From an uncultured virus (IMG/VR IMGVR_UViG_3300042883_000765) (lineage: Duplodnaviria; Heunggongvirae; Uroviricota; Caudoviricetes): a DNA stretch of 64,000 bases. Both the position numbers and the translations under genes were made by a program. Positions 8,222 through 17,933 of the stretch are shown piece by piece. Numbering within the stretch: position 1 is the stretch's first letter; each line of letters opens with the position of its first letter. The notes under the pieces were generated by a model. It saw only the letters and a list, made by a program, of their open reading frames with translations. It ran no database searches and was not told the DNA's origin. The stretch is taken from IMG/VR virus record IMGVR_UViG_3300042883_000765, one strand, 5' to 3'.

Positions 8222-8980
8222 ATGACACAACAAGTTACTCACCGCGGTGAATTCGCCGCACTAGTCCCACAACAAAGCGCTTTGGAGATTGGCCCATTCA
8301 ACAGCCCGCTGTTACATGGAGCACATGTCAAGTATGTGGATGTGTACTCTACAGAAGAGTTACATGAACAGGCTGGGTTGGTGGGTATTACTACGCAGGG
8401 TATCCCCCACATTCATTGGGTCGCTGAACCAACTGATTTATCGGTTGTAAACGAGACATTTGATAGCGTCTTGAGTAGTCATGTGATTGAGCACCAGCCT
8501 GACTTCGTTAGTCACCTACAGCAGGTAGAAAAGTTACTTAATGACGGCGGTAGGTACTTTGCATTAGTCCCCGACTATCGCTACTGCTTTGATCACTTTA
8601 TGAATCAGTCTCGCATTACTGATATCCTTTCTGCCCACCTAGAGAAGCGTAAATGGCATTCACCGTCATCCCTGCTGGAATCCCGCCTATACATGACTCA
8701 CAACGATCCTGGGTCACATTGGACTGGTAACCATGGGTTATTTACTGATAATCCTATTTTTCCTGGTGTAGGTCGTATTGAACGCTTAAAGCAGGCAATG
8801 GAAGAATATGAGGCTTTAAACGGTGAACTCCGTAACGACCATGCGTGGTATTTTACTCCAGAAAGTTTTACCGACATTATTCATGATTTGCGCGATCTTG
8901 GATTAATTAACTTTTCTATTGAGACAATGTACCCAACTACACCGCATACATTTGAGTTTTGGGTAATCCTTAAAAAATAG
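8222..8980 (+). CDS. Class I SAM-dependent methyltransferase
   Basis: ALEIGP motif I; FDSVLSSHVIEH; LLNDGG..VPD; start set to ATG 8222, 6 nt after TATTGT. Confidence 0.85.
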   Translation: MTQQVTHRGEFAALVPQQSALEIGPFNSPLLHGAHVKYVDVYSTEELHEQAGLVGITTQGIPHIHWVAEPTDLSVVNETFDSVLSSHVIEHQPDFVSHLQQVEKLLNDGGRYFALVPDYRYCFDHFMNQSRITDILSAHLEKRKWHSPSSLLESRLYMTHNDPGSHWTGNHGLFTDNPIFPGVGRIERLKQAMEEYEALNGELRNDHAWYFTPESFTDIIHDLRDLGLINFSIETMYPTTPHTFEFWVILKK

Positions 8981-9010
8981 GAAGTATCTACATATAGTAC
9001 AATTAGGCGT

Positions 9011-9691
9011 ATGCCGATTGAATACCGTAGATTCCATACACCAGCCCAAGATTCAGGTGGTAGGCGTTCACCCGCAAAAACTACCTATTTTGCGTTTGAC
9101 CCACATAGTAAGCGAGATTTGGGGTTAGTTCAAGTAGAACACCACGATGACACCCAGTGGACTAAAGAAGAATCAACAGACAAAATTTACTACCCCAAGG
9201 ATTACAATAAAAATAGAAATGCAGAGACTGTCCGTCAAGGTCGTCTATTCGCTAACTATGGTAAACCAGCACACCGTAAATTGTCCATGATGGCTGGAAC
9301 TATGGGTGGTAATAACACCACGGCAATGAGTCTCATGGCTCTTGCCCACCAGGATGCCACTGAGGCTGGTTTGCCGTTAATCCCTGACCATTCTCTGACA
9401 CGGGACAGCCACAGAGTTGTCCGCCATCTTGCAAAGTTTGGTGTTGTTGACAAACGCGATGTGCCAAAGCGAGCAACGGTACCACCAGGGCGAGTCATGC
9501 CTCTTTTTAGCAACTACATGCACGAGTATGACGGAAACGAAGGGGTAGAAGCAATTCACCCCGATGTTGTTCGTGAGGCGCGTAACACATTGGTGGGTCG
9601 TGTACGACGCGGTAAGGAAGAGAAAGCGCCTAAGACTAAGCGCGGTCAACCGATTGAGGGACAGCAATCATTGTTTGGAGAGGACCAATAA
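9011..9691 (+). CDS. Diverged paralog array member 5
   Basis: IEYRR, YFAFD, RQGRLF, TAMSLMALAHQDA, PDHSLTRDSHRVVRHL; ends GQQSLFGEDQ. Confidence 0.7.
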   Translation: MPIEYRRFHTPAQDSGGRRSPAKTTYFAFDPHSKRDLGLVQVEHHDDTQWTKEESTDKIYYPKDYNKNRNAETVRQGRLFANYGKPAHRKLSMMAGTMGGNNTTAMSLMALAHQDATEAGLPLIPDHSLTRDSHRVVRHLAKFGVVDKRDVPKRATVPPGRVMPLFSNYMHEYDGNEGVEAIHPDVVREARNTLVGRVRRGKEEKAPKTKRGQPIEGQQSLFGEDQ

Positions 9692-9936
9692 TGAACGATA
9701 TTACAAACATTAAAGCCATCAGCATGCGGATTCTGGCAGTATTTGCCGCCTCAGCACTTGGTGTGGTTGGAGCGGGCGCTATCGCAGGTGTACCATTATG
9801 GAAAGCCTGCCTCATGGCTGGTATCGGTGGTATGTCCACAGTTATTGAAGGACTTGCGCGGGCATACATTGATGATGGTAAGTTAGACGCTGGAGAGATC
9901 AACTCAGTGTTTGACAAAATTGAAAAGACGGAGTAA
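9691..9936 (+). CDS. Small membrane protein (holin-like)
   Basis: Two hydrophobic segments and a charged C-terminus. Confidence 0.65.
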   Translation: MNDITNIKAISMRILAVFAASALGVVGAGAIAGVPLWKACLMAGIGGMSTVIEGLARAYIDDGKLDAGEINSVFDKIEKTE

Positions 9937-10487
9937 TGCCTGCTCACGAGTACATTAATAAAGACCAAACGCTATTCCATGGAACCAGCGGACACAATGT
10001 AAAGAGCATCCTTCAGCACGGTATATCACCCTCAGGTGATGATGTAATCGCAGGTATTCCTGGCGCATACATGACTACCCGTGAGGTTGATGCCCGTGCA
10101 TGGGGTGATCATGTTGTCACGACACAGCCAACTCGTGCATTGCGTATTTATGGGGACATTAATGACGACCCACACCTAGAGAGTCAGCGTCAAGTTACTC
10201 AGGCGCTGAATGATTACCATGACTATGGTAAATCTGATCCTGAAGAATGGTTAGATGACCACGGTGGTCACTTTGACATGAGCCATTATGGTAAGGGTCA
10301 TCAGGCAGTCCATAACTGGGCAAAATCTAATAAGAACACTGAAAATGTTGCTGACACACTCTCAAGTTGGGGTTATCATGGCAACCGCGATAGTATCGCC
10401 GCGTGGAGTCCAGACGCAGATGTCACCATCTACAATCCGGAGGAACACTTAAAAGTGACTGGAATTAACGGTCCATCTTTTATATAA
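9936..10487 (+). CDS. ADP-ribosyltransferase-fold protein (HYE-like)
   Basis: LFHGTS...SILQHGI...GAYMTT. Confidence 0.65.
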   Translation: MPAHEYINKDQTLFHGTSGHNVKSILQHGISPSGDDVIAGIPGAYMTTREVDARAWGDHVVTTQPTRALRIYGDINDDPHLESQRQVTQALNDYHDYGKSDPEEWLDDHGGHFDMSHYGKGHQAVHNWAKSNKNTENVADTLSSWGYHGNRDSIAAWSPDADVTIYNPEEHLKVTGINGPSFI

Positions 10488-10538
10488 AAAGTAACTAAAA
10501 AGTAATATAAGAAAAAACTACACAATTAGGAGAATCAC

Positions 10539-10805
10539 ATGAGTTCTAACCTTATCCGCGAACATCTCGCAAGTATCCATGACGACCTGCTATTACTGGA
10601 TGGTCTGGATGATGCCATTATTGGCACATCACAAAGAATCAATGAGCCTGTGCTCGCTGTTTATAGTTGGGAAAAGATTATTGCAATCCTGACAGAGCGT
10701 GACAATATGGACTTTGAAGACGCCGTGGAGTTCGTTGAATTTAATATCCTTGGCGCTTGGGTCGGAGAAAATACTCCAATTGTCGTTATGCCTCTTGACT
10801 GGTAG
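10539..10805 (+). CDS. Conserved acidic phage hypothetical protein
   Basis: DGLDDAIIG...EDAVEFVEFNILGAWVGENTP, a pattern recalled from aquatic phages; AGGAG SD. Confidence 0.8.
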   Translation: MSSNLIREHLASIHDDLLLLDGLDDAIIGTSQRINEPVLAVYSWEKIIAILTERDNMDFEDAVEFVEFNILGAWVGENTPIVVMPLDW

Positions 10806-10832
10806 AATAACCTCCAAAGTATTGGAGGCTAT

Positions 10833-11396
10833 ATGGCTAAGAGAAAAATACCAAAGCGTATTATTGATTGGGATGAAGTAGTCAATACTCACGCTGGTTC
10901 TGAGGTTCAAGTTCATAAAGACTCTGGCTCATCTGGAGTTAAATACATGAAGGAACATGGTTCGCCATTATTCTCAGTATTAGCCAAAGACGATACAGGT
11001 GAGCATCGGTATTTTGGATCAGTTTCTCGTTCTTCTGTTGAGTTTCCCCGTATTAGGATAGATGCAACTCAGTTAGCGGATCATTGGAACTCCACTACTG
11101 GACAAAAATCACGAAATACATTTCTTATGGGTCACCCAATTGCTATGCCCTCATCTACAGAAATGTCACGGGCACATCGTCTTATCCTAAGAGCAGGGCA
11201 GGCTGGTACTGAGGATGATCCAACTTCTATTATCCACACCCCAAGCCAGCCAGGTCTTTGGACACCCCGACCAAGGCAAACATCAAAACCAATACAAGGA
11301 TTAGTACCTGTACCAGGCATACGGCGAACTTCACCAGTATTTGCTGAACGAGCGGGTATTGGCGATACTGGTTCATTTATGTTTAACCCACGGTAG
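10833..11396 (+). CDS. Hypothetical protein
   Basis: GGAGG SD, 187 aa. Confidence 0.7.
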   Translation: MAKRKIPKRIIDWDEVVNTHAGSEVQVHKDSGSSGVKYMKEHGSPLFSVLAKDDTGEHRYFGSVSRSSVEFPRIRIDATQLADHWNSTTGQKSRNTFLMGHPIAMPSSTEMSRAHRLILRAGQAGTEDDPTSIIHTPSQPGLWTPRPRQTSKPIQGLVPVPGIRRTSPVFAERAGIGDTGSFMFNPR

Positions 11397-11444
11397 TGAT
11401 ATATCGTGTAAAATAAAACCATACCGAAACACGGAGGTTTTATA

Positions 11445-11684
11445 ATGGTAATGAATCATAGAGGACAAGACACTACAGCCCGCGTATGGATGCACGGCGT
11501 TGAAGACATGCGTTCATCTGCTCGTCGCGGATCGGCTCGTAAGGCATTCACTGGTCGCAATGTTACCGAACAGGAAGCCGTTGAAATGCAGGACCAGTAC
11601 GGAGCCGTACCAGTAGTAGACGGTGACCCTGAGGGTTACGGAGATGCTGCTGATCAATGGTTGCGGGATCATCGGTCTTACTGA
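11445..11684 (+). CDS. Hypothetical protein
   Basis: GGAGG SD; TAAAAT upstream. Confidence 0.7.
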   Translation: MVMNHRGQDTTARVWMHGVEDMRSSARRGSARKAFTGRNVTEQEAVEMQDQYGAVPVVDGDPEGYGDAADQWLRDHRSY

Positions 11685-11717
11685 TTTATAACAGGTTATA
11701 CTGACCTGCTATAACTT

Positions 11718-11876
11718 ATGATCATCACCTACGACATTAATACCCCATATATTGGCGATGTGCGCTCTATTGCGATGCGCCGAGCCAAGGCTGAGGGTTG
11801 GCGGAATGTCGTAGTGATGAGTACCTACCCAGTTGGACCCAACTCGTGGTCTGTGACACTCACCGTTTCCCGTTAA
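11718..11876 (+). CDS. Small hypothetical protein (52 aa; not in ORF track)
   Basis: MIITYDINTPYIGDVRSIAMRRAKAEGWRNVVVMSTYPVGPNSWSVTLTVSR fills the gap. Confidence 0.6.
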   Translation: MIITYDINTPYIGDVRSIAMRRAKAEGWRNVVVMSTYPVGPNSWSVTLTVSR

Positions 11877-11879
11877 GTC

Positions 11880-12158
11880 ATGTTTGCATTCGGCGTATCA
11901 GAAGTTGTACAAGCCTCAGTAGTTACCGCAGTTGGTGGCATCTTAATTGCTTTGATTACTCAATTTACTAGGAGTAATGCCAAGGATCACGCCATCGTTC
12001 AACATAAGTTAGATCAGTTGTCTGATAAGATTGTTGATACCCACACGAGCGTTACTGAAGTAAAAGTAGATGTAAAGTATCTTCGTGAGGATCAAAACCG
12101 TTTAGAGAACCGCTTTAACACACACTTGGAGGACAGGAATGAAAAACCAAATCGCTGA
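11880..12158 (+). CDS. Single-TM coiled-coil protein (possibly lysis-related)
   Basis: N-terminal hydrophobic helix followed by a heptad pattern. Confidence 0.65.
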   Translation: MFAFGVSEVVQASVVTAVGGILIALITQFTRSNAKDHAIVQHKLDQLSDKIVDTHTSVTEVKVDVKYLREDQNRLENRFNTHLEDRNEKPNR

Positions 12159-12321
12159 CCAGACAGGTAAGGGCGCAGTCCTAGGACTTATCGCATATTG
12201 CTTCCGCAATAATCCTGAATTCGCCGTTATCCTTATGCCTGCATTATCTGCTGTAATGGCATGGGCGTCTACCCTTATCGGTAACCCCAACATTGCATCC
12301 TTCTTAGAAAAGAAGAAGTGA
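12139..12321 (+). CDS. Small two-TM protein (holin-like)
   Basis: Two hydrophobic segments and a KKK tail. Confidence 0.6.
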   Translation: MKNQIADQTGKGAVLGLIAYCFRNNPEFAVILMPALSAVMAWASTLIGNPNIASFLEKKK

Positions 12322-13598
12322 AGCGCGCCGTATTTCGGCGCATCACACAATCACTACAGTGGGCTTTAATAGCCATCGCAATATTTCCGGTACCATCGGC
12401 TAAGGCTGATACGAACCCAATAATTACGGAAATTACCGACTTCTGGTTTTCATACTCAGAACCAACCCAGTTCTTGGCACAAACATATCAGTCACCTGGA
12501 TTTGAGTCAGACCCCCAACTTTGGTTGTACAACGACGATACTGGGGAATTAATCATTTCTAATGATGATTACATTGGTCTTCAATCTAATATTGACTTAG
12601 AAGTACCAGCAGGTAACTACCGCTTACGAGCAGGTACTTGTTGCTGGGAACCAGATGTTTGGCGTGACGGCGTTGTTTGGAACATTCAATATGAGTTATC
12701 ATTTAATGGCAATCCCGTAAATACAACGACCACTATTCCGGAGACGACTACAACATGGGTCCCAACTACAACATCCACAACTTCAACGACGACGACGAGT
12801 ACTACTATTGCCCCAACAACGACTGTGCCTGTAACGGAAGTTCCGACCACCGAGGCAACGACAACTACGGAAGTCTCAACGACAACAAACTCCCCAACTA
12901 CTACGGAGATTACGAGCACTACTGTTGCGGTTACTGTGGCTCCTTCTACAATGCCTACGACGAGCCAATCTGTTGGTACTGTGGAGGTCCCTCAAACTTC
13001 TCTGACTCCTACAACCACTTTAAGTCCCTTTTTCCCGACACCCCTGACAACATCAAGCACGAGTGTGCCCCCGACTGTTACATCTGCACCTACGACGATT
13101 CCAGAGATTCCAGAGAGTACAGAGCCACCTATAACGACCGTACCTGAAGAAGAAACAGTTATACCTGATAACCCCACAACTGAAGAAATTAACCAATTAG
13201 CAGATGAACTAGTTTCGTCAATTGACGAATTATCTGATGAAGAAATCACTAATCTAGTAGAATCTATTGATATAGGTGAATTAACCGAGGAATCAATCTC
13301 CGCTGTCTTTAGCGAAGAAGTACTTAGCGAACTATCCGATGAGCAAGTAACGCAACTTATTGATGCCATCGTCCCGAGTGAACTATCTGATGAACAGGCT
13401 TCGGCTCTCTCAGAAGCACTAACAGATGCCCCTGACGATGTAAAAGAAGAATTCCAGGATCAGATTAATGTGTTCGGAGGACAATTTGATAATTATGTGC
13501 CAACGGGATCAGCAGTCTCAGTAGGGGCACGACGAGCAATAGTCGCGGCAACAGCAGTCATATTCGCAATGCCCGCCCCAGTGACCCGAAAGCAGTAA
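12318..13598 (+). CDS. Exported, membrane-anchored Thr/Pro-rich (mucin-like) protein
   Basis: Signal peptide ending AKA, PPC-like beta domain (DPQLWLY...NDD), long T/P stalk, acidic ELSDE repeats, C-terminal hydrophobic anchor. Confidence 0.75.
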   Translation: MKRAVFRRITQSLQWALIAIAIFPVPSAKADTNPIITEITDFWFSYSEPTQFLAQTYQSPGFESDPQLWLYNDDTGELIISNDDYIGLQSNIDLEVPAGNYRLRAGTCCWEPDVWRDGVVWNIQYELSFNGNPVNTTTTIPETTTTWVPTTTSTTSTTTTSTTIAPTTTVPVTEVPTTEATTTTEVSTTTNSPTTTEITSTTVAVTVAPSTMPTTSQSVGTVEVPQTSLTPTTTLSPFFPTPLTTSSTSVPPTVTSAPTTIPEIPESTEPPITTVPEEETVIPDNPTTEEINQLADELVSSIDELSDEEITNLVESIDIGELTEESISAVFSEEVLSELSDEQVTQLIDAIVPSELSDEQASALSEALTDAPDDVKEEFQDQINVFGGQFDNYVPTGSAVSVGARRAIVAATAVIFAMPAPVTRKQ

Positions 13599-13600
13599 CC

Positions 13601-13771
13601 ATGTTTAAGAAATTATGGAAAGAATCATCAGGATTGGCCTGGACCCTTGGAGGTACTGGATTAGTTCTTATTACCCTCTCAGGGTCAACTCGTGACCTTG
13701 GTGTAGTTATTTCAGTAGTATCATTGTTGTTTCATATGGCAGGAGTACTTACCCCTGATGATGATGAATGA
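13601..13771 (+). CDS. Small two-TM protein (56 aa; not in ORF track)
   Basis: MFKKLWKESSGLAWTLGGTGLVLITLSGSTRDLGVVISVVSLLFHMAGVLTPDDDE. Confidence 0.7.
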   Translation: MFKKLWKESSGLAWTLGGTGLVLITLSGSTRDLGVVISVVSLLFHMAGVLTPDDDE

Positions 13772-13785
13772 GGTATCATTAGACC

Positions 13786-14523
13786 ATGACGAATCGGGCC
13801 GCATATACACTTACTAAAGGTTTGCCGTGGGAACGGCTCGTTGTCGTCAAAGACCGCCGTACGCGACGACTCGTAAAGGTACAGGAGGCCCGTGGGTCAA
13901 TCAAAACCAGTGACGCCAGCATTGTTGAGTTTGACATAAACCTTACAAATAAGGGTGAAATATTCATCTGCCTGACTGCCGAACAGACACGAGAATTACC
14001 AGTTGGTGATCTTGAATTTGATGTTATTGCTACCTGTAACCGCTTGGTTTATTACACTGGTCAATCATCCACAACTACCCAACCAGTTATCCGCGGGATT
14101 ATCTCAGTATCAGAATCGGATGACATTACGCCTTCGGAGGACTCACAAAAAATGGAGATCAGATTCAAACAGTATGTGGACTTCCGCCGTAATTTTACTT
14201 GGCGCGATGCAGATGGTGTCATTATTGCAGTCACAGACGCATATATGCAGGCAAAAGACGCCGCAGGTACTACGGTCCTAGACCTACGCTGGTATGCCAC
14301 CGCTCCCAATGAGGCTACCATTCTTGCGCTAACGGCTAATCGTCGTGGTTACATTGCACCCAAGGCTGGCGCTACCTTAGAAATTCATATTTCTGATAAG
14401 AACAGCATTCCCGCTGGTAATCACTCATTTGACCTGTTCGTTAAGGACTCCGCTGGAGATTGGGACAACCTCGCATCGGGAACGCTATTTGTCCAGCAAG
14501 CGGTGTCTACGCCCCCAGCATGA
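13786..14523 (+). CDS. Virion structural/adaptor protein (two Ig-like, BppU-like modules)
   Basis: Twice-repeated ..LPxG.(L/H).FD(V/L)....G.I.V pattern; starts the fibre cluster. Confidence 0.55.
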   Translation: MTNRAAYTLTKGLPWERLVVVKDRRTRRLVKVQEARGSIKTSDASIVEFDINLTNKGEIFICLTAEQTRELPVGDLEFDVIATCNRLVYYTGQSSTTTQPVIRGIISVSESDDITPSEDSQKMEIRFKQYVDFRRNFTWRDADGVIIAVTDAYMQAKDAAGTTVLDLRWYATAPNEATILALTANRRGYIAPKAGATLEIHISDKNSIPAGNHSFDLFVKDSAGDWDNLASGTLFVQQAVSTPPA

Positions 14524-14945
14524 GCACTGTAGAGGTATCCAAGCCCGCGGGCACATTTATTACGGTTACCCGCACTAAGACAGACTCAGTGGTCTCAGAA
14601 CCCGCTGATCGTCTGCTGGAGATACACGACCCTGGTGTGGCTGGGCCACCTAATGTTCTAACGGTTGGTACAGTCGTTTCTGGACCTGCTCCTGCGGTAA
14701 CACTTACTGGTACAGCGCCGTCTCAAACTCTTAATTTTGTTCTACCAGTTGGTGGTAATTACACGCATAACCAAATAACTTCGTCTACAACTTGGACAAT
14801 TACACATAACCTTGGGTTTTTCCCTGCCGTATCCGTAGTGGATAGCGGGGGCAACTATGTAATAGGTGATGTAAACTATGTATCACAAAACATTGTAACC
14901 GTATCATTCAACGCTTCCTTTGGTGGAAAAGCCTATTTATCGTGA
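14520..14945 (+). CDS. Minor tail/fibre-associated protein
   Basis: WTITHNLGFFPAVSVVD...FGGKAYLS; start set to the coupled ATG at 14520. Confidence 0.7.
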   Translation: MSTVEVSKPAGTFITVTRTKTDSVVSEPADRLLEIHDPGVAGPPNVLTVGTVVSGPAPAVTLTGTAPSQTLNFVLPVGGNYTHNQITSSTTWTITHNLGFFPAVSVVDSGGNYVIGDVNYVSQNIVTVSFNASFGGKAYLS

Positions 14946-14951
14946 GGTATC

Positions 14952-16193
14952 ATGTCTAAGTTTCTTACAAATATTGATCTAACTGGTAATGAACTACAGA
15001 ATATTGTAATTCATAACACTGGTACCGCCCCAGCCGCTAGTGCAAAACTAGGTGGCTTATATTTTGATACCGCCAGCGGGTTAAATAAACTTAAGTACTA
15101 CAACGGTAGCGCCTGGGTAGAACTCTCATCTGGTGCATCAGGAACTTGGCAACCAGCAGATGCTGACCTCACGGCTATTGCCGCCCTCACGGGTACCGCA
15201 GGCTTCCTTAAAACCGATGGTGCTAGTAATTGGTCAGTTGACACCGCTACCTACCTAACTTCAAGTACTGGTGTTAGTAGTGTCAACGCAAGCGTTGGTG
15301 CAGTCACGGGAGTGGCTGTAACTTCTGGAACCCTTGGGCAGTTTGCGGCTACTACCTCATCTGCCCTTGCTGGTGTCATTTCAGATGAGACTGGTTCTGG
15401 TGCTCTTGTTTTTGGCACCTCACCAGCCATTACCACCAGTTTGACAACTGGCTCTTCTTCCTTTGACTTGCTTAACACCACAGTTGCTACTGTCAACTTT
15501 GCTGGTGCGGCTACTGCGGTCAATATTGGTGCTTCCAATAGCACCACCACAATCGCTGGTGACTTGGTGGTCAACGGTACTACCACTACTATTAATAGCA
15601 CTACTGTCACCGTAGACGATCTAAACATTGTCCTGGGTTCAGTAACTACTCCAACCAACAGCACCGCAAATGGTGGAGGTATCACTGTTGCAGGTGGTGT
15701 AGATGGAGACAAAACCTGGAACTGGGTGTCTGCAACCAGTTCATGGACTTCTTCTGAGAACCTTGATCTTGCGGCAGGCAAAGTACTTAAAATTGCTGGT
15801 ACCCAGGTATTATCAGCAACTGAGTACACGGGCAATGCCTCAACTGCTACAACTGCCACCAATGTTACTGGTGGTGCCGCTGGTTCAATTGTTTATCAGA
15901 CTGGTTCTGCAACAACAAGCACCCTTGGGTTAGGAACTTCAGGACATGTACTTACCGCAGGAGCAAGCGCACCAGTTTGGACAAAGAAGAAGCATGCTGA
16001 AACCTTAGCCACTAGCGCCACTTCTTATGCACTTACCCATGGGCTTGGCACCGCAGACATTTCCGTATCGGTATATGAAGTTTCCACAGGAGAAGTTGTG
16101 TACGCTGATATTGTTAATACCAGTTCTACAACAACTGTATATTTTGCCACTGCCCCCACTTCAAACCAGTACCGAGTCGTCATTCTTGCTTAA
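14952..16193 (+). CDS. Tail fibre protein
   Basis: DADLTAIAAL, SDETGSGALVFGTSP and GDLVVNGTTTTINST fibre motifs. Confidence 0.8.
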   Translation: MSKFLTNIDLTGNELQNIVIHNTGTAPAASAKLGGLYFDTASGLNKLKYYNGSAWVELSSGASGTWQPADADLTAIAALTGTAGFLKTDGASNWSVDTATYLTSSTGVSSVNASVGAVTGVAVTSGTLGQFAATTSSALAGVISDETGSGALVFGTSPAITTSLTTGSSSFDLLNTTVATVNFAGAATAVNIGASNSTTTIAGDLVVNGTTTTINSTTVTVDDLNIVLGSVTTPTNSTANGGGITVAGGVDGDKTWNWVSATSSWTSSENLDLAAGKVLKIAGTQVLSATEYTGNASTATTATNVTGGAAGSIVYQTGSATTSTLGLGTSGHVLTAGASAPVWTKKKHAETLATSATSYALTHGLGTADISVSVYEVSTGEVVYADIVNTSSTTTVYFATAPTSNQYRVVILA

Positions 16194-16213
16194 TCTGTCA
16201 TTAAAGGACAACA

Positions 16214-16909
16214 GTGGCTAACTTTCTAAAGTCCCTCTTTGTTAAGGGGGTTGAAATTGATACAGCAGGAGCCTCTAATGGTGATGCCCTTGTATATAAC
16301 GGAACTAAGTTTGGGGCGGCTTCTGTCGGTGGATCAGCAGTAGCGGCATTAAACGACCTTACAGATGTTGTTATTACCTCTGTTGCTACAGACCAATTAT
16401 TGGTGTACAACGGGACTAATTGGGTAAATACAACTGGTCCTGTTGGCCCTACAGGAGCAACTGGCCCAACTGGTGCACAAGGTCTTGGTTATGTTATTGG
16501 CACGGCAGAATTAGCAGAAGAAGACCCTGAATCTGGCGATTGGAGTTTTAAGGTTAGTAGCGTCGGAGCATTTGCGTCTGGCGATTATGTACGGGTGGAA
16601 GAGGATTCAAGTAATTACATACTTGGTACTTGTTACGCTATTTCTTTCTTTTCTGGTTCTTACTATATGTCTGTTGCCCCTGATGTAACTGTTGGGACAC
16701 CAGACTTTGACCCATCTTTTAGTGTCCATTTAGCAGGCGAAACGGGTGCCTCTGGAGTTATGGCAGTATCTGACACTGCGCCAGGTTCGCCATCATCAGG
16801 AAACTTGTGGTTTAAATCTGATACTGGCAACCTTCTTGTGTATTATGACTCATACTGGATTGACACAAGCGCGCCAAACTACGCAACTTTAGATGGAGGT
16901 AGCGCATAA
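16214..16909 (+). CDS. Collagen-like tail fibre/adaptor protein
   Basis: LNDLTDV..LVYNGTNWVN; GPVGPTGATGPTGAQG; ends DGGSA. Confidence 0.75.
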   Translation: MANFLKSLFVKGVEIDTAGASNGDALVYNGTKFGAASVGGSAVAALNDLTDVVITSVATDQLLVYNGTNWVNTTGPVGPTGATGPTGAQGLGYVIGTAELAEEDPESGDWSFKVSSVGAFASGDYVRVEEDSSNYILGTCYAISFFSGSYYMSVAPDVTVGTPDFDPSFSVHLAGETGASGVMAVSDTAPGSPSSGNLWFKSDTGNLLVYYDSYWIDTSAPNYATLDGGSA

Positions 16910-17784
16910 TGGCAATTGACTTCCCAAATAGCCCTACCGCAGGTGACCTCTACACCGCTGGTGGTAAGACCTGGCAGTGGAATAGTACCTATTGGTCTGC
17001 TTATGGTACTAGCCCAGTTTTACGCGCATCTGATGCGCCCCCATCTTCGCCTAACGCAAACGATCTTTGGTATGAAACAGACACTGGTCGCCTATTTGCC
17101 TATGTTGGAACAGCATGGGTTGAGGTGGGTAACGCTACGGATATTGCTGGGGCGTTGCAACCTAGTCAGGTGACTGCTTTGAGTGCGGTTACTTCGTTGA
17201 CTTCGGATGATGTGTTTCCTGTGGTTGATAATCCTGCTAGTGCTACGGCTTCTAGTAAGATTACTTACGGCAACCTTGTTACTAACATGTCATCTAGTCT
17301 TGCACCAGGAATGGTGTTAGTAAAAAGTCAAGCAGTAACAGGTACGGCTAGTTCTGTTGTTGTTTCTGATGCATTTAGTTCGGCATATGATAATTATGAG
17401 ATTATTTATACAGGTACATCGTTAGCAACAATTGATGCTCAATTTACTTGTCAACTTGGTTCAGCAAATGCAAACTATAGAACTACTCTTGTCTATGTTT
17501 CCAATAATTCAACGCCTTTAGCGGCAAGTACTGTGCAGTCTGCCTTTACTTGGGTTGGTGGCGGTTCAAGCAACGATGCATATGCTCATTTTAAGTTATT
17601 TAACCCATTTTTAACTCGTCACACTCGTATGGAAACATCAGCATACCTTGCACATCCCGATGCTGCTTTTGGACATGCTTCGGGTGTACATTCAGCAAAT
17701 ACATCGTTTACTGCGTTTACTTTGGCTAGTACTGCTGGGACTTTTACAGGCGGAACAATTCGCGTCTATGGATATAGGAACTAG
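16909..17784 (+). CDS. Tail fibre / receptor-binding protein
   Basis: MAIDFPNSPT N-terminal module; C-terminal ..GGTIRVYGYRN domain. Confidence 0.75.
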   Translation: MAIDFPNSPTAGDLYTAGGKTWQWNSTYWSAYGTSPVLRASDAPPSSPNANDLWYETDTGRLFAYVGTAWVEVGNATDIAGALQPSQVTALSAVTSLTSDDVFPVVDNPASATASSKITYGNLVTNMSSSLAPGMVLVKSQAVTGTASSVVVSDAFSSAYDNYEIIYTGTSLATIDAQFTCQLGSANANYRTTLVYVSNNSTPLAASTVQSAFTWVGGGSSNDAYAHFKLFNPFLTRHTRMETSAYLAHPDAAFGHASGVHSANTSFTAFTLASTAGTFTGGTIRVYGYRN

Positions 17785-17786
17785 TA

Positions 17787-17933
17787 ATGAAAACTGAACG
17801 ACCAAACATTCAAATTGATGACCTTGTGCGCCCCATGACGGATGAAGAGTACGCTAACTTATTAAAACTACAAGAATTGTCTCAAACCCCTTTAAGCGAA
17901 GGTGGCTTTGCACTGCCCAAGGTGGATGAATAA
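17787..17933 (+). CDS. Small fibre-assembly chaperone-like protein (48 aa; not in ORF track)
   Basis: MKTERPNIQIDDLVRPMTDEEYA...; TAATG coupling. Confidence 0.6.
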   Translation: MKTERPNIQIDDLVRPMTDEEYANLLKLQELSQTPLSEGGFALPKVDE

